Under the pieces are notes generated by a model. It did not search any database. It had not been told where the DNA came from and saw nothing but the letters and a program-made list of their open reading frames with translations. This document shows positions 27,272-35,637 of a stretch of 38,925 bases of DNA, piece by piece (within the stretch, counting starts at the first letter, position 1; every line of letters begins with the position of its first letter). The position numbers and the translations under genes were made by a program. This DNA is from a virus (Duplodnaviria; Caudoviricetes), in IMG/VR virus record IMGVR_UViG_3300005512_000105, positions 1-38,925 of that record; one strand, 5' to 3'.

Positions 27272-28292
27272 ACCAAGTTCATTGCCGGCGCTGAAACAAT
27301 GCCCGCGATTCGAATCAGGGGAAGCGCAAAGCTTCACCACTGAAGGAACGAAGCGGCACGAAGCTCTTGCAAGCGTGTTTGCCGACGAGTCAAACGTAAT
27401 CACAGCGCTTTGGGCGGATCAACTCGATGATGAATCAATAGATGGTATCATGTGGGCTTTTGACTACATCAAGCTGAACGCGCCGATGCGTGATTACGAA
27501 TTGCACATCGAGCGGCAAATGGAGATCACAGACAATGAGACCTTTGAAGCTGTGATGCGCGGAACGCTGGATTACCAGTGCGGTAATCATTTATTCGACA
27601 TCAAATGGCGGAGGCGCGATTACGTTCCGCAGATGGCAGCATATGCTTTGATGATGATTCAAGAAACTGGGTGGAATATTGTTCATGTTCACATCCTTTT
27701 TATGGAGTCAAAGTACGCGCAAAAGCTCGCGCTAACGGAGGCGGAATGCTGGAAGATTATCAACGAAGCCAAGCATAAAGCCGAAGACCCAAACGCGGAG
27801 CCTACGCCCTGTGATTACTGCGGGTGGTGCAAACATACGCTGACTTGTGACGCACTCAATGAGCGAGTCACAGCGATCAACGAAGGTCGCGAAGATTGGC
27901 AACTTGAGCAATACCATGCAAGCGCCATTACTGAGCCTGAAGAATTGGCAAAAGCAATTCCGCTGGCAAAAGCGGTCAAGACTTGGGCCGATGCCGTCGA
28001 TCACTTCGCCAAAAAGTTCATGATGAACGGCGGTCAGATTCCAGGCTACGAGGTGAAAAGCAAGCAGGGCAACAGGCAAATCGTTGACCTGAACGCTGCA
28101 TTCAGTCGCTCGGGGCTCGATCAAGATCGGTTCATGCAATGCTGTTCGGTCGTATTTTCAAAGTTGGTCGATGAACACAAAACAATCCACAGCGTTTCAA
28201 AAACCGTAGCAACAAAAGAGCTTGAACGGATGCTCGGGGACGCTGTTCAACGCGGAAAAAATTCTTACCAAATCACAAAAACAAAACATTAG
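27264..28292 (+). CDS. Cas4-like PD-(D/E)XK exonuclease (DUF2800-like)
   Basis: RPSSL.....CP, GT..H, GTLD..DIK, Q...YA, and PCDYCGWC....C forming a 1+3 Cys Fe-S arrangement. Confidence 0.85.
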   Translation: MIRPSSLPALKQCPRFESGEAQSFTTEGTKRHEALASVFADESNVITALWADQLDDESIDGIMWAFDYIKLNAPMRDYELHIERQMEITDNETFEAVMRGTLDYQCGNHLFDIKWRRRDYVPQMAAYALMMIQETGWNIVHVHILFMESKYAQKLALTEAECWKIINEAKHKAEDPNAEPTPCDYCGWCKHTLTCDALNERVTAINEGREDWQLEQYHASAITEPEELAKAIPLAKAVKTWADAVDHFAKKFMMNGGQIPGYEVKSKQGNRQIVDLNAAFSRSGLDQDRFMQCCSVVFSKLVDEHKTIHSVSKTVATKELERMLGDAVQRGKNSYQITKTKH

Positions 28293-28298
28293 AATAAT

Positions 28299-28802
28299 AT
28301 GGCAAAATATCAATTCAAAGACAGTGAAGAACTCCATTTTGAGTTACTACCAAAAGGCGAATACGCTTTCAAAATCATGGACGCAGAAGAAGGCGTTCAG
28401 ACAAAAGGCAAAACCAATGGCTCCGACTTCATAAAGATCACCCTGGCAATCGGTCGATCAGGGAAGGTTGTCGCACAGTGGCCGGAAAAAATCATTTTCC
28501 ATGAGTCACTTGATTGGAGTACTGACCAATGGCTGAGGTGTATCAATTTCAACGGCGGCAAGCTCGGCAAAGGTGACATGGTGGACATCACGCCGCAAAC
28601 GGTCGTCGGATGTCGTGGTTACGCTAAGGTTGTTGTGGAAACATACACAAACGCTAGCGGCGAGGAAAAGGAAATCAACAAAGTTTCCTATTGGTCAACA
28701 GGCAAAGAACCGCTTCCGCGTGACATGGAGCTTGTTGCTTTAAAGTTCCCAGGCGGCAAGGAAGCTGACCCATTCGACACAGGTTCAGACGAGCCCTTCT
28801 GA
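28299..28802 (+). CDS. putative ssDNA-binding protein (DUF669-like)
   Basis: FELLPKGEY.F.I..AE at the start, NKV, and an acidic tail ending DEPF. Confidence 0.75.
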   Translation: MAKYQFKDSEELHFELLPKGEYAFKIMDAEEGVQTKGKTNGSDFIKITLAIGRSGKVVAQWPEKIIFHESLDWSTDQWLRCINFNGGKLGKGDMVDITPQTVVGCRGYAKVVVETYTNASGEEKEINKVSYWSTGKEPLPRDMELVALKFPGGKEADPFDTGSDEPF

Positions 28803-28804
28803 TT

Positions 28805-28915
28805 ATGGACGCCTCAGCAGCTTGGAGCGGTTTTCTTAGCGGAATCATTGTCGGTTTTTTTATGGCAATTTGGTTCGTGGTTTGGATCGCCTCACAAAAA
28901 CCGCCTCGCACATGA
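28805..28915 (+). CDS. 36-aa single-pass membrane peptide
   Basis: Hand-translated MDASAAWSGFLSGIIVGFFMAIWFVVWIASQKPPRT. TGA overlaps the helicase ATG. Confidence 0.65.
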   Translation: MDASAAWSGFLSGIIVGFFMAIWFVVWIASQKPPRT

Positions 28916-30441
28916 ACCTTCGGCCATACCAACAGCAAGCCCTGGATGCCGTCCTATCCGGATTCAGGGAGCACAGCCGGCAACTGTGCGTCCTGCCAAC
29001 AGGGGGCGGCAAAACTGTCCTATTTTCGCACCTTGCAGAGCAAACCGATGGCCGAACGCTCGTCTTGGCGCACCGGGAGGAACTGGTTGACCAAGCAATT
29101 GATAAGATTCACAAGGTGACAGGCATCAAGGCCGGCAAGGAAAAAGCGGAACATAAAGCAACGCATGAACACGAAGTTGTCGTGGCATCGGTTCAATCAA
29201 TGATCCGACGATTGGATCGTTGGCCGGATGATCATTTCGATTTGATTGTGTGCGATGAGGCGCATCACAGCATTTCAAAGAGCTGGCAAAAGGTTCTAAA
29301 CCACTTTGACCTTTGGGCGAATGTGCTTGGGGTGACAGCAACGCCGGATCGCGGAGACAAGAGGAACCTTGGTTGCTACTTTGAAAACGTCGCTTTCGAG
29401 GTGTCCATGTTTGACCTGATAAAGCAGGGGTTTCTTTCGCAAATCGTGATCAAAACCTGTCCGCTCAAGCTGGACATTTCGGGCGTCAAACAGAAGGCCG
29501 GAGACTATGACGCGGCACAGCTTGGCGAATCGTTGGACCCATATTTGCGCGAGATTGCCCGCAGCATCAAAGAACACGCTGGAGACCGTCGTTCCGTTGT
29601 GTTCATGCCGTTGATCGCAACAAGTCAAAAGTTCGTTGCCATTTGCAAAGAGGAAGGATTGCGGGCCGAGCACATTGACGGATACAGCGAGGATCGGAAA
29701 GGAATCCTTGAGCGCTTCGCCGCTTCTGAATTCGACATCCTTTCAAACGCGATGCTCTTGACTGAAGGGTTTGACGATCCGGGAATTGATTGCGTCGTCA
29801 ACTTGCGACCCACCAAAAGCCGGAGCCTTTACAGCCAGATCATCGGCAGAGGAACGCGCATCGCGCCAGGCAAAAAGAACCTGCTTTTGCTGGATTTCCT
29901 TTGGATGCACGAAAAGCATAATCTTGTCAGGCCGGCGCACCTTGTAGCGGAGTCGGACGAGATCGCAGAGGAAATGACGCAGATTTCCGAGAAGGCAGGC
30001 GGGCAAGGCGAGCTTGAACTTGAATCACTCCAAAGTGACGCACAGAAACAGCGCGAAGAAAAAATCAGGGAAATCATCAAGCAACGTGAACATGAAGAAA
30101 GCAAGCTGATCGATGCGATGACGTTCTGCGAGCAATTGGGCGATACTGAAGCGGCAGAGTTTCAACCAACTAAGCCCTGGCAGAAAAAACCAATTACGGA
30201 AAAGCAGGAAGCCATCTTGAAACGCAACGGTGTAAACCTTCGAACAGTCAATGGAAAGGGGCATGCAATGCAGATCATCAACGCGATATACAAGCACCAC
30301 AATTCAAAGCCTGCCAGCCAGAAACAAATCACGGCAATGAAACGAGCAGGAATCAAGGACGCCGACAAGGCGACCGTGGCGGATGCCAAGGAGTTTTTTG
30401 CGAGACGCAACCAGCAACGAACGGAAACAGTTTATGCATGA
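28912..30441 (+). CDS. superfamily 2 DEAH helicase
   Basis: LRPYQ, PTGGGKT, DEAHH, TATP, LTEGFD.P, QIIGRGTR. Start reassigned to ATG 28912. Confidence 0.95.
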   Translation: MNLRPYQQQALDAVLSGFREHSRQLCVLPTGGGKTVLFSHLAEQTDGRTLVLAHREELVDQAIDKIHKVTGIKAGKEKAEHKATHEHEVVVASVQSMIRRLDRWPDDHFDLIVCDEAHHSISKSWQKVLNHFDLWANVLGVTATPDRGDKRNLGCYFENVAFEVSMFDLIKQGFLSQIVIKTCPLKLDISGVKQKAGDYDAAQLGESLDPYLREIARSIKEHAGDRRSVVFMPLIATSQKFVAICKEEGLRAEHIDGYSEDRKGILERFAASEFDILSNAMLLTEGFDDPGIDCVVNLRPTKSRSLYSQIIGRGTRIAPGKKNLLLLDFLWMHEKHNLVRPAHLVAESDEIAEEMTQISEKAGGQGELELESLQSDAQKQREEKIREIIKQREHEESKLIDAMTFCEQLGDTEAAEFQPTKPWQKKPITEKQEAILKRNGVNLRTVNGKGHAMQIINAIYKHHNSKPASQKQITAMKRAGIKDADKATVADAKEFFARRNQQRTETVYA

Positions 30442-30691
30442 TTTGAATAAATTGAAGCAAATGCAAGCGCACATTATTTGCTGGGTGATCCATCACATTC
30501 CGGAAATCGAGCAGGAAATCCGCCGAAGCATTACTGAAATACATCAAGGCAATGTTTACATCTGGATTGAGCTTGAGGACTCCGGGGCAATCTTTACGCA
30601 ATCAAACGCGGAACGGATCGCAAACCAGTGGACCGCAGCTTGTCAGCACTTTCAACAAATTTCCCACCTATTCATTCAAACAAACAATTAA
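30434..30691 (+). CDS. hypothetical protein
   Basis: ORF overlapping the helicase end. Start estimated at ATG 30434. Confidence 0.55.
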   Translation: MHDLNKLKQMQAHIICWVIHHIPEIEQEIRRSITEIHQGNVYIWIELEDSGAIFTQSNAERIANQWTAACQHFQQISHLFIQTNN

Positions 30692-30709
30692 TCAAAATCA
30701 ATTAATCAA

Positions 30710-31072
30710 ATGACAGTAACAGAGCAACAACATTCGGACATGGTTCGACAGCTATCGAAACCAGGTGCAGACATAATCAGCGAAATGACAGCACAGCAAG
30801 CGCACTTGTTGCACATGGCGGTCGGCGTTTCGGGCGAAGCAGGCGAGCTTCTCGACGCAGTCAAAAAGCATGTCATATACGGCAAACCCTTGGATTTCGA
30901 TAATATGATCGAAGAATTGGGCGACCTTGAATTCTACATGAACGGCGTTCGCCAGGCTCTATGCCTAGGGCGTCAACGGATTCTTGAAGCCAACATGAAA
31001 AAGCTGGCGAAACGCTACGGGGCGAAATACACCAACGTTGCAGCGCAGGAGCGGAAGGATAAGCAATCATGA
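30710..31072 (+). CDS. mazG: MazG-like nucleotide pyrophosphohydrolase
   Basis: GVSGEAGELLDAVKK...EELGDLEFY...N..KL.KRY. Confidence 0.9.
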   Translation: MTVTEQQHSDMVRQLSKPGADIISEMTAQQAHLLHMAVGVSGEAGELLDAVKKHVIYGKPLDFDNMIEELGDLEFYMNGVRQALCLGRQRILEANMKKLAKRYGAKYTNVAAQERKDKQS

Positions 31073-31521
31073 AACAATATACTTTCTTTGCTCAAGGCGA
31101 ACCAAAAGCACAGCCACGCCCGAGGGCATGCATTCGTGGGCGGCGTGCAGGTGTTTACGATCCGGGTACCGCGGACAAATGGAAAGCTCAAGTCAAGAAA
31201 GCGGTAAAGCCTTACATCGACGAGCAAGGCATGCTCGTTGGGCCGATCCGTGTTCACTTGAATTTCTTTATGCCACGACCGCAAGCTCATTGGTGCATAC
31301 GTGGCGGCAATCGCTCAAATGAACTGAGCACGAAGGCCCCCACGTATCACACCACTAAGCCGGATCACGACAACCTTGAAAAAGCTGTGCTTGATGCATT
31401 GACTGATGCGGGCCTTTGGGCTGATGACGCGCAAGTTTGTTCGGTTCGAAAGGACAAGGTGTATTCCAACAACAAAGGGTTTTGCGGGTGCGAAATTACA
31501 GCAAAGGAGTTGGAAGAATGA
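31069..31521 (+). CDS. rusA: RusA-family Holliday junction resolvase
   Basis: GEPKAQPRPR, KPDHDNLEKAVLDAL, W.DDAQV. Confidence 0.92.
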   Translation: MKQYTFFAQGEPKAQPRPRACIRGRRAGVYDPGTADKWKAQVKKAVKPYIDEQGMLVGPIRVHLNFFMPRPQAHWCIRGGNRSNELSTKAPTYHTTKPDHDNLEKAVLDALTDAGLWADDAQVCSVRKDKVYSNNKGFCGCEITAKELEE

Positions 31522-31796
31522 TTGTGAGAACTTGTCCAAATTGCATGTCTGGTTCAATCATTAAGAATGTGGAATTCTTTGTGTGCAATGATTGCGGTCT
31601 TGTGGTTCCAAAGGCTTTTTTGAAAACAGAAGTGACAGACATCATGGCGCAAAAAAACGCGCTCGTGATGGCTGTTCGGGCTTTGAAAATCATTGCTGAA
31701 AACGGGGGCAAGCAATCCGATAGCGGGCTCAACTGCAACGGCTCATGGTGCGCGGAGCAAGCAAGCGTTGCGCTTAGAAATGCGGGGATTCGATGA
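31518..31796 (+). CDS. small zinc-ribbon protein
   Basis: CPNC...CNDC. Start ATG 31518 by ATGA overlap. Confidence 0.7.
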   Translation: MIVRTCPNCMSGSIIKNVEFFVCNDCGLVVPKAFLKTEVTDIMAQKNALVMAVRALKIIAENGGKQSDSGLNCNGSWCAEQASVALRNAGIR

Positions 31797-33823
31797 CCGA
31801 AATCGAACGCTCAATTAAATACATACAGACCGCCGGCGGAGCAATCTCCGGCAGCGCTGGACATAATCACACCTTCGCGCTTGCGTGCAACCTGTTCAAG
31901 CAATTCAACCTCACGCAAGCGGACGTGTTGGCGCTTCTGGAGCAATACCACAATCCGACTTGTCAGCCGCCCTGGAGCGAAAAGGAACTGCGGCACAAGG
32001 TAGAACAGGCGGCAAAGGTCGAGGGTGGACTCGGACCCGTTGCACCGTTGCCAGCAGCGCCGAAACAACCGAAGAAAAAGAAGCCGGGAATCAAATACGT
32101 GTTCAAGGGTGACGCCAAGCGACCACTGCCGGATGAGATTGAGGACGGAGCCAGAAAGCTTTTGCGGACCTGCTTCCGCGAGGGGGAAGGGATTCGGCTT
32201 GTCCACCCTGACTTGAATGAGGAAGGCAAGGAAGTTCCGGATCAGGGAATGTGCTTCTCGCGTGAATTCTGGCTGAAAAAGCTGGACGGCAAAAAAGGGA
32301 AGGTAAACGACGGCGGGTTTCTGAGCAAGTCGGGAAACCCTGGGGTTTACGTTGGGATTAATCCGCTCAAAGAGGGCGAGACGCTCGACAAGCATGTGAC
32401 CGAATACCGGCACGCGCTCCTTGAGTTTGATGAACTGGACATTGACAAGCAATGGGAGCTTTATCATCAAAGCGAATTACCGATTGCCGCGGTGATCCAT
32501 TCCGGCGGGCGGTCGCTGCATGCTTGGGTGAAAGTAGACGCCAAGGACCGGGCCGAATACGACGAGCGGGTGGCGGCGATTTACGATCATTTTTCGGAAT
32601 ACAAGCCGGACACCAAGAACAAGAACCCTGGCCGGCTTTCACGGTTCCCGAACTGTATCCGCATGGGGGCTCGGCAAAAGCTTCTGGCATTGGCCATCGG
32701 GAAGAATTCATTTTCCGAATGGATGGCGGACAGGGCGTTGGATGACATTGGCCAACCGATTGAAATCGATGAGCTGATGGCGTTCAATCCGGATGACGAT
32801 CAGAACAACGTCCTAGGTGAGCGCTGGTTGTGCAAGGGTGGCTCATGCATTATTGTTGCTCCGTCTGGCGTCGGCAAGTCCACTCTGGCAACGCAGGCGG
32901 CTTTCACTTGGGCGCTCGGGCGTGACCTGTTTGGGATCAAACCATTCCGCCCACTAAAGAGCCTTGTAATCCAAGCTGAAAACGATTTGGGCGACATCGC
33001 AGAGCAAACGCAAGGCGTCGTTCAAGGGATGGGGCTTGACATGTTTGACGACGAAGAAGAATTCGACACGCTTCGGAGAAATGTTCGTTTCGTCCGCGAT
33101 TCGATCCACACCGGCAAGGCATTCACTGAAGCACTGCACAGGCTCATTGACCGGGAAAAACCCGATCTTGTATGGATTGATCCGCTCCTTTCGTTCATAG
33201 GAGGCGACGTGTCACGGCAAGACGTTTGCTCTCAGTTCCTTCGAAACTGGATGAACCCTATCGCGGAGGCAACCGGCGTCATATTCATGCTGATTCATCA
33301 CACTGGAAAACCTCCGAAGGATCAGAAGGCAATGGATGGATGGAATTCTTCCGATTTCGCGTACCTAGGGAGCGGTTCCTCAGAATTGACCAATTGGGCG
33401 CGGGCTGTGTGCGTTCTTCAGCAGGTTGATGAAGGAATGTTCCAACTGATGCTTGCCAAGCGGGGGAAGCGGGCTGGGGCGCTAGATATGGACGGGCAGC
33501 GGACCAACTCCGTCTTCATGAGCCATTCCGATACTGGAATCCGCTGGATTCAGGAACCCGCGCCGGCTTGGTTTGGTGAGAAGAAAGAGAGCGGCAAGAG
33601 CGGACGACCTGAAGCACAGTTTGACGTTGAAGATTGGCTTGAGGACATCGAAGGACAGCCCATGCGATATGCCGACATGCTCAAGAGTGCCATTCAATTT
33701 TCCAAGCTGACAGGGGGGCCGAAAGAACGAAAATTGAAAGACATCATGAAGCAGCTTCGCGTTGACAAGCGGCTTGAAAAACAAAAAGATGGAACATGGC
33801 TACATGAAAAAACCATCCTTTAA
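31793..33823 (+). CDS. primase-helicase (PriCT-like + AEP-type primase + RepA/AAA_25-like helicase + C-terminal wHTH-like domain)
   Basis: CQPPWSEKEL (PriCT-like). LLEFDE, SGGRSLHAW, D...RLSRFP (primase). APSGVGKS, WIDP, IHHTGK, GSS (helicase). Confidence 0.88.
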   Translation: MTEIERSIKYIQTAGGAISGSAGHNHTFALACNLFKQFNLTQADVLALLEQYHNPTCQPPWSEKELRHKVEQAAKVEGGLGPVAPLPAAPKQPKKKKPGIKYVFKGDAKRPLPDEIEDGARKLLRTCFREGEGIRLVHPDLNEEGKEVPDQGMCFSREFWLKKLDGKKGKVNDGGFLSKSGNPGVYVGINPLKEGETLDKHVTEYRHALLEFDELDIDKQWELYHQSELPIAAVIHSGGRSLHAWVKVDAKDRAEYDERVAAIYDHFSEYKPDTKNKNPGRLSRFPNCIRMGARQKLLALAIGKNSFSEWMADRALDDIGQPIEIDELMAFNPDDDQNNVLGERWLCKGGSCIIVAPSGVGKSTLATQAAFTWALGRDLFGIKPFRPLKSLVIQAENDLGDIAEQTQGVVQGMGLDMFDDEEEFDTLRRNVRFVRDSIHTGKAFTEALHRLIDREKPDLVWIDPLLSFIGGDVSRQDVCSQFLRNWMNPIAEATGVIFMLIHHTGKPPKDQKAMDGWNSSDFAYLGSGSSELTNWARAVCVLQQVDEGMFQLMLAKRGKRAGALDMDGQRTNSVFMSHSDTGIRWIQEPAPAWFGEKKESGKSGRPEAQFDVEDWLEDIEGQPMRYADMLKSAIQFSKLTGGPKERKLKDIMKQLRVDKRLEKQKDGTWLHEKTIL

Positions 33824-33826
33824 TAA

Positions 33827-34071
33827 CTGGTGCAAAAACCCATGCACTGGTGCAGAAACTTGCACTGGTGCAACTGGTGCAGAATTGGTGCAAAAAGGGT
33901 TTTTGCACCTGGTGCAGAAAGTGGTGCAGAAACCTACTTTTTACACCTAGTGCAAAAACACCCTATCCCCCTTTAAGGGGGGATTAGGGGTTTTGATGCA
34001 CTGACGCCATGCACCGAAAATTTTTTTAGTTTCTGCACCAGTTGGGAAAAATAGTTTCTGCACCTGCACCA
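33827..34071. repeat. iteron array with central hairpin, probable replication origin
   Basis: About 8 forward (C)TGGTGCA(A/G)AAA-type copies, hairpin ATCCCCCT-TTAA-GGGGGGAT (33965-84), then inverted TTTCTGCACC copies. Directly after the primase-helicase. Confidence 0.85.
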
Positions 34072-34085
34072 CTTAATCGATCACC

Positions 34086-35105
34086 ATGACACAAACAACC
34101 AAAATCCAAACACGTAAAGAACTAGCCCTCGCCAAGCTGAGGCAGTTCCCAAAACACGGAGCCCGAACCATTGCAAGGGCTCTTAACAAGGAAAACCCGC
34201 AATTGTTCCCTACCATCGAAAATGCTCGCGACATGGTTCGTGCGTTGGTAGGACAAAAGGGCAAGCGGAATGCATCAATGGCTGTCATTAAGAGGGAACC
34301 ACGTAAGCCGGGATACAAGGTTGAATTACCAGAGAGCCAAGCGAAGGACCGGACGCCTTTTGAGATCAAAGGGAAGAACAAAATCCTTGTCATTTCGGAC
34401 CTGCATTTGCCCTACCATAATGCGAAGGCGGTCGAAATCGCGTTAACGCACGGACTCGAAGAAGGATGCGACACAATCTTGATGTTGGGCGACCTGATGG
34501 ACTGTTACCAGCTTTCCAGATGGGTCCGCGATCCGGCGCAATGCTCAATAGCACATGAGGTTGACGTGGTGAAGTCTTTCTTTGCTTACCTGAGGGAACG
34601 GTTCCCGAAAGCACGGATCATTTGGAAGGAAGGGAATCACGAGGAACGATGGTTGCATTTCTTCTTTAACAATGCGCCGCAACTGGCATCACTTGACACG
34701 ATGAGCCTTTATCATGCCGTGGGCGTCAAGGAGCACGGCATTGAGGTTGTGGACGACAAGAAGGTGATCAATGTGTCAGGCTTGCTTCTGTATCACGGAC
34801 ACGAATTGCCGACCGGACTTGCGCCAGCAGTAAACCCTGCAAGGGGGCTTTTCCTGCGTCTGTTTACAAGCGCCATGTGCGGGCATTTCCATCGAACATC
34901 GAACCACGTTGAAAAGGATGCGAAGAACGACCTTGTTTCAACTTGGTCAATCGGTTGTTTATGCGACCTATCGCCGGACTTCGCAACGGTCAACAAGTGG
35001 AATCACGGCTTTGCCATCATAGAACAGACCGGGCCAAAAACCTACGGCGTTGACAACTTTATGATCCACGACGGGCAATTAATGGGAGGGAAGAATGCAA
35101 ACTGA
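34086..35105 (+). CDS. calcineurin-like metallophosphoesterase
   Basis: SDLHLP, LGDLMD, EGNHE, YHGH, GHFHR, GCLC. Basic N-terminal extension that may be an HTH. Confidence 0.9.
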   Translation: MTQTTKIQTRKELALAKLRQFPKHGARTIARALNKENPQLFPTIENARDMVRALVGQKGKRNASMAVIKREPRKPGYKVELPESQAKDRTPFEIKGKNKILVISDLHLPYHNAKAVEIALTHGLEEGCDTILMLGDLMDCYQLSRWVRDPAQCSIAHEVDVVKSFFAYLRERFPKARIIWKEGNHEERWLHFFFNNAPQLASLDTMSLYHAVGVKEHGIEVVDDKKVINVSGLLLYHGHELPTGLAPAVNPARGLFLRLFTSAMCGHFHRTSNHVEKDAKNDLVSTWSIGCLCDLSPDFATVNKWNHGFAIIEQTGPKTYGVDNFMIHDGQLMGGKNAN

Positions 35106-35451
35106 GCACAAAGTCATACGTGAAAGGCTCCTGAAGAAAGCCGGGCTTGTGGAACCCGAACCGCCAAGGTGGGACTGGAGCAAGCTTCAAAAGGAATGGT
35201 CCGAAGAATTTGAACAACTCATGAGGAATCGCCTCATGATGGGCGCTTTGCGTTACGGCGGACTACGGAACCCGAATAATCCGGGGCGTACAACTGACCT
35301 TAACACTCAGCAAATGCTGAAGCGAACAAAGCTTTACATCGAGACAGGGAACGCGGAACACCTTGTCGATGTAGCAAATTTTGCGCTCGCTGAGTTCGTG
35401 CAGCAGAGGCATCCGGACTATCATTTCGAAAGCATAGACCGCAAAAACTAA
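35095..35451 (+). CDS. hypothetical all-alpha protein, possible dNTP diphosphohydrolase-like
   Basis: RL.MG..RYG...Y..TGN.EHLVDVANFA..EF. The family guess is weak. Confidence 0.55.
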   Translation: MQTEHKVIRERLLKKAGLVEPEPPRWDWSKLQKEWSEEFEQLMRNRLMMGALRYGGLRNPNNPGRTTDLNTQQMLKRTKLYIETGNAEHLVDVANFALAEFVQQRHPDYHFESIDRKN

Positions 35452-35469
35452 GACAAACGCGGGCAAATC

Positions 35470-35637
35470 ATGACAAACATACCAGAAATTAAAAAAGGCC
35501 ATTTCTACACATTGAAAGTAGAAGGATTCCGTGTTAGGGTTTATGTGAAAGAGCTGGTCGGGGAACGTTACGCGAAAGTAAAGCATCCAGACGGAAAAAT
35601 CCACCTGTGCGCCACAAATCAATTGCAATCATTATGA
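35470..35637 (+). CDS. hypothetical protein (55 aa, MTNIPEIKKGHFY...)
   Basis: Hand-translated. ATGA overlap with the next gene. Confidence 0.6.
   Translation: MTNIPEIKKGHFYTLKVEGFRVRVYVKELVGERYAKVKHPDGKIHLCATNQLQSL

Noticed and set aside
33762-33950. 62-aa ORF over the TGGTGCA repeats, or a mini-CRISPR
   Set aside because: The repeats are short, irregularly spaced and in both orientations, which fits iterons. The ORF is a by-product.
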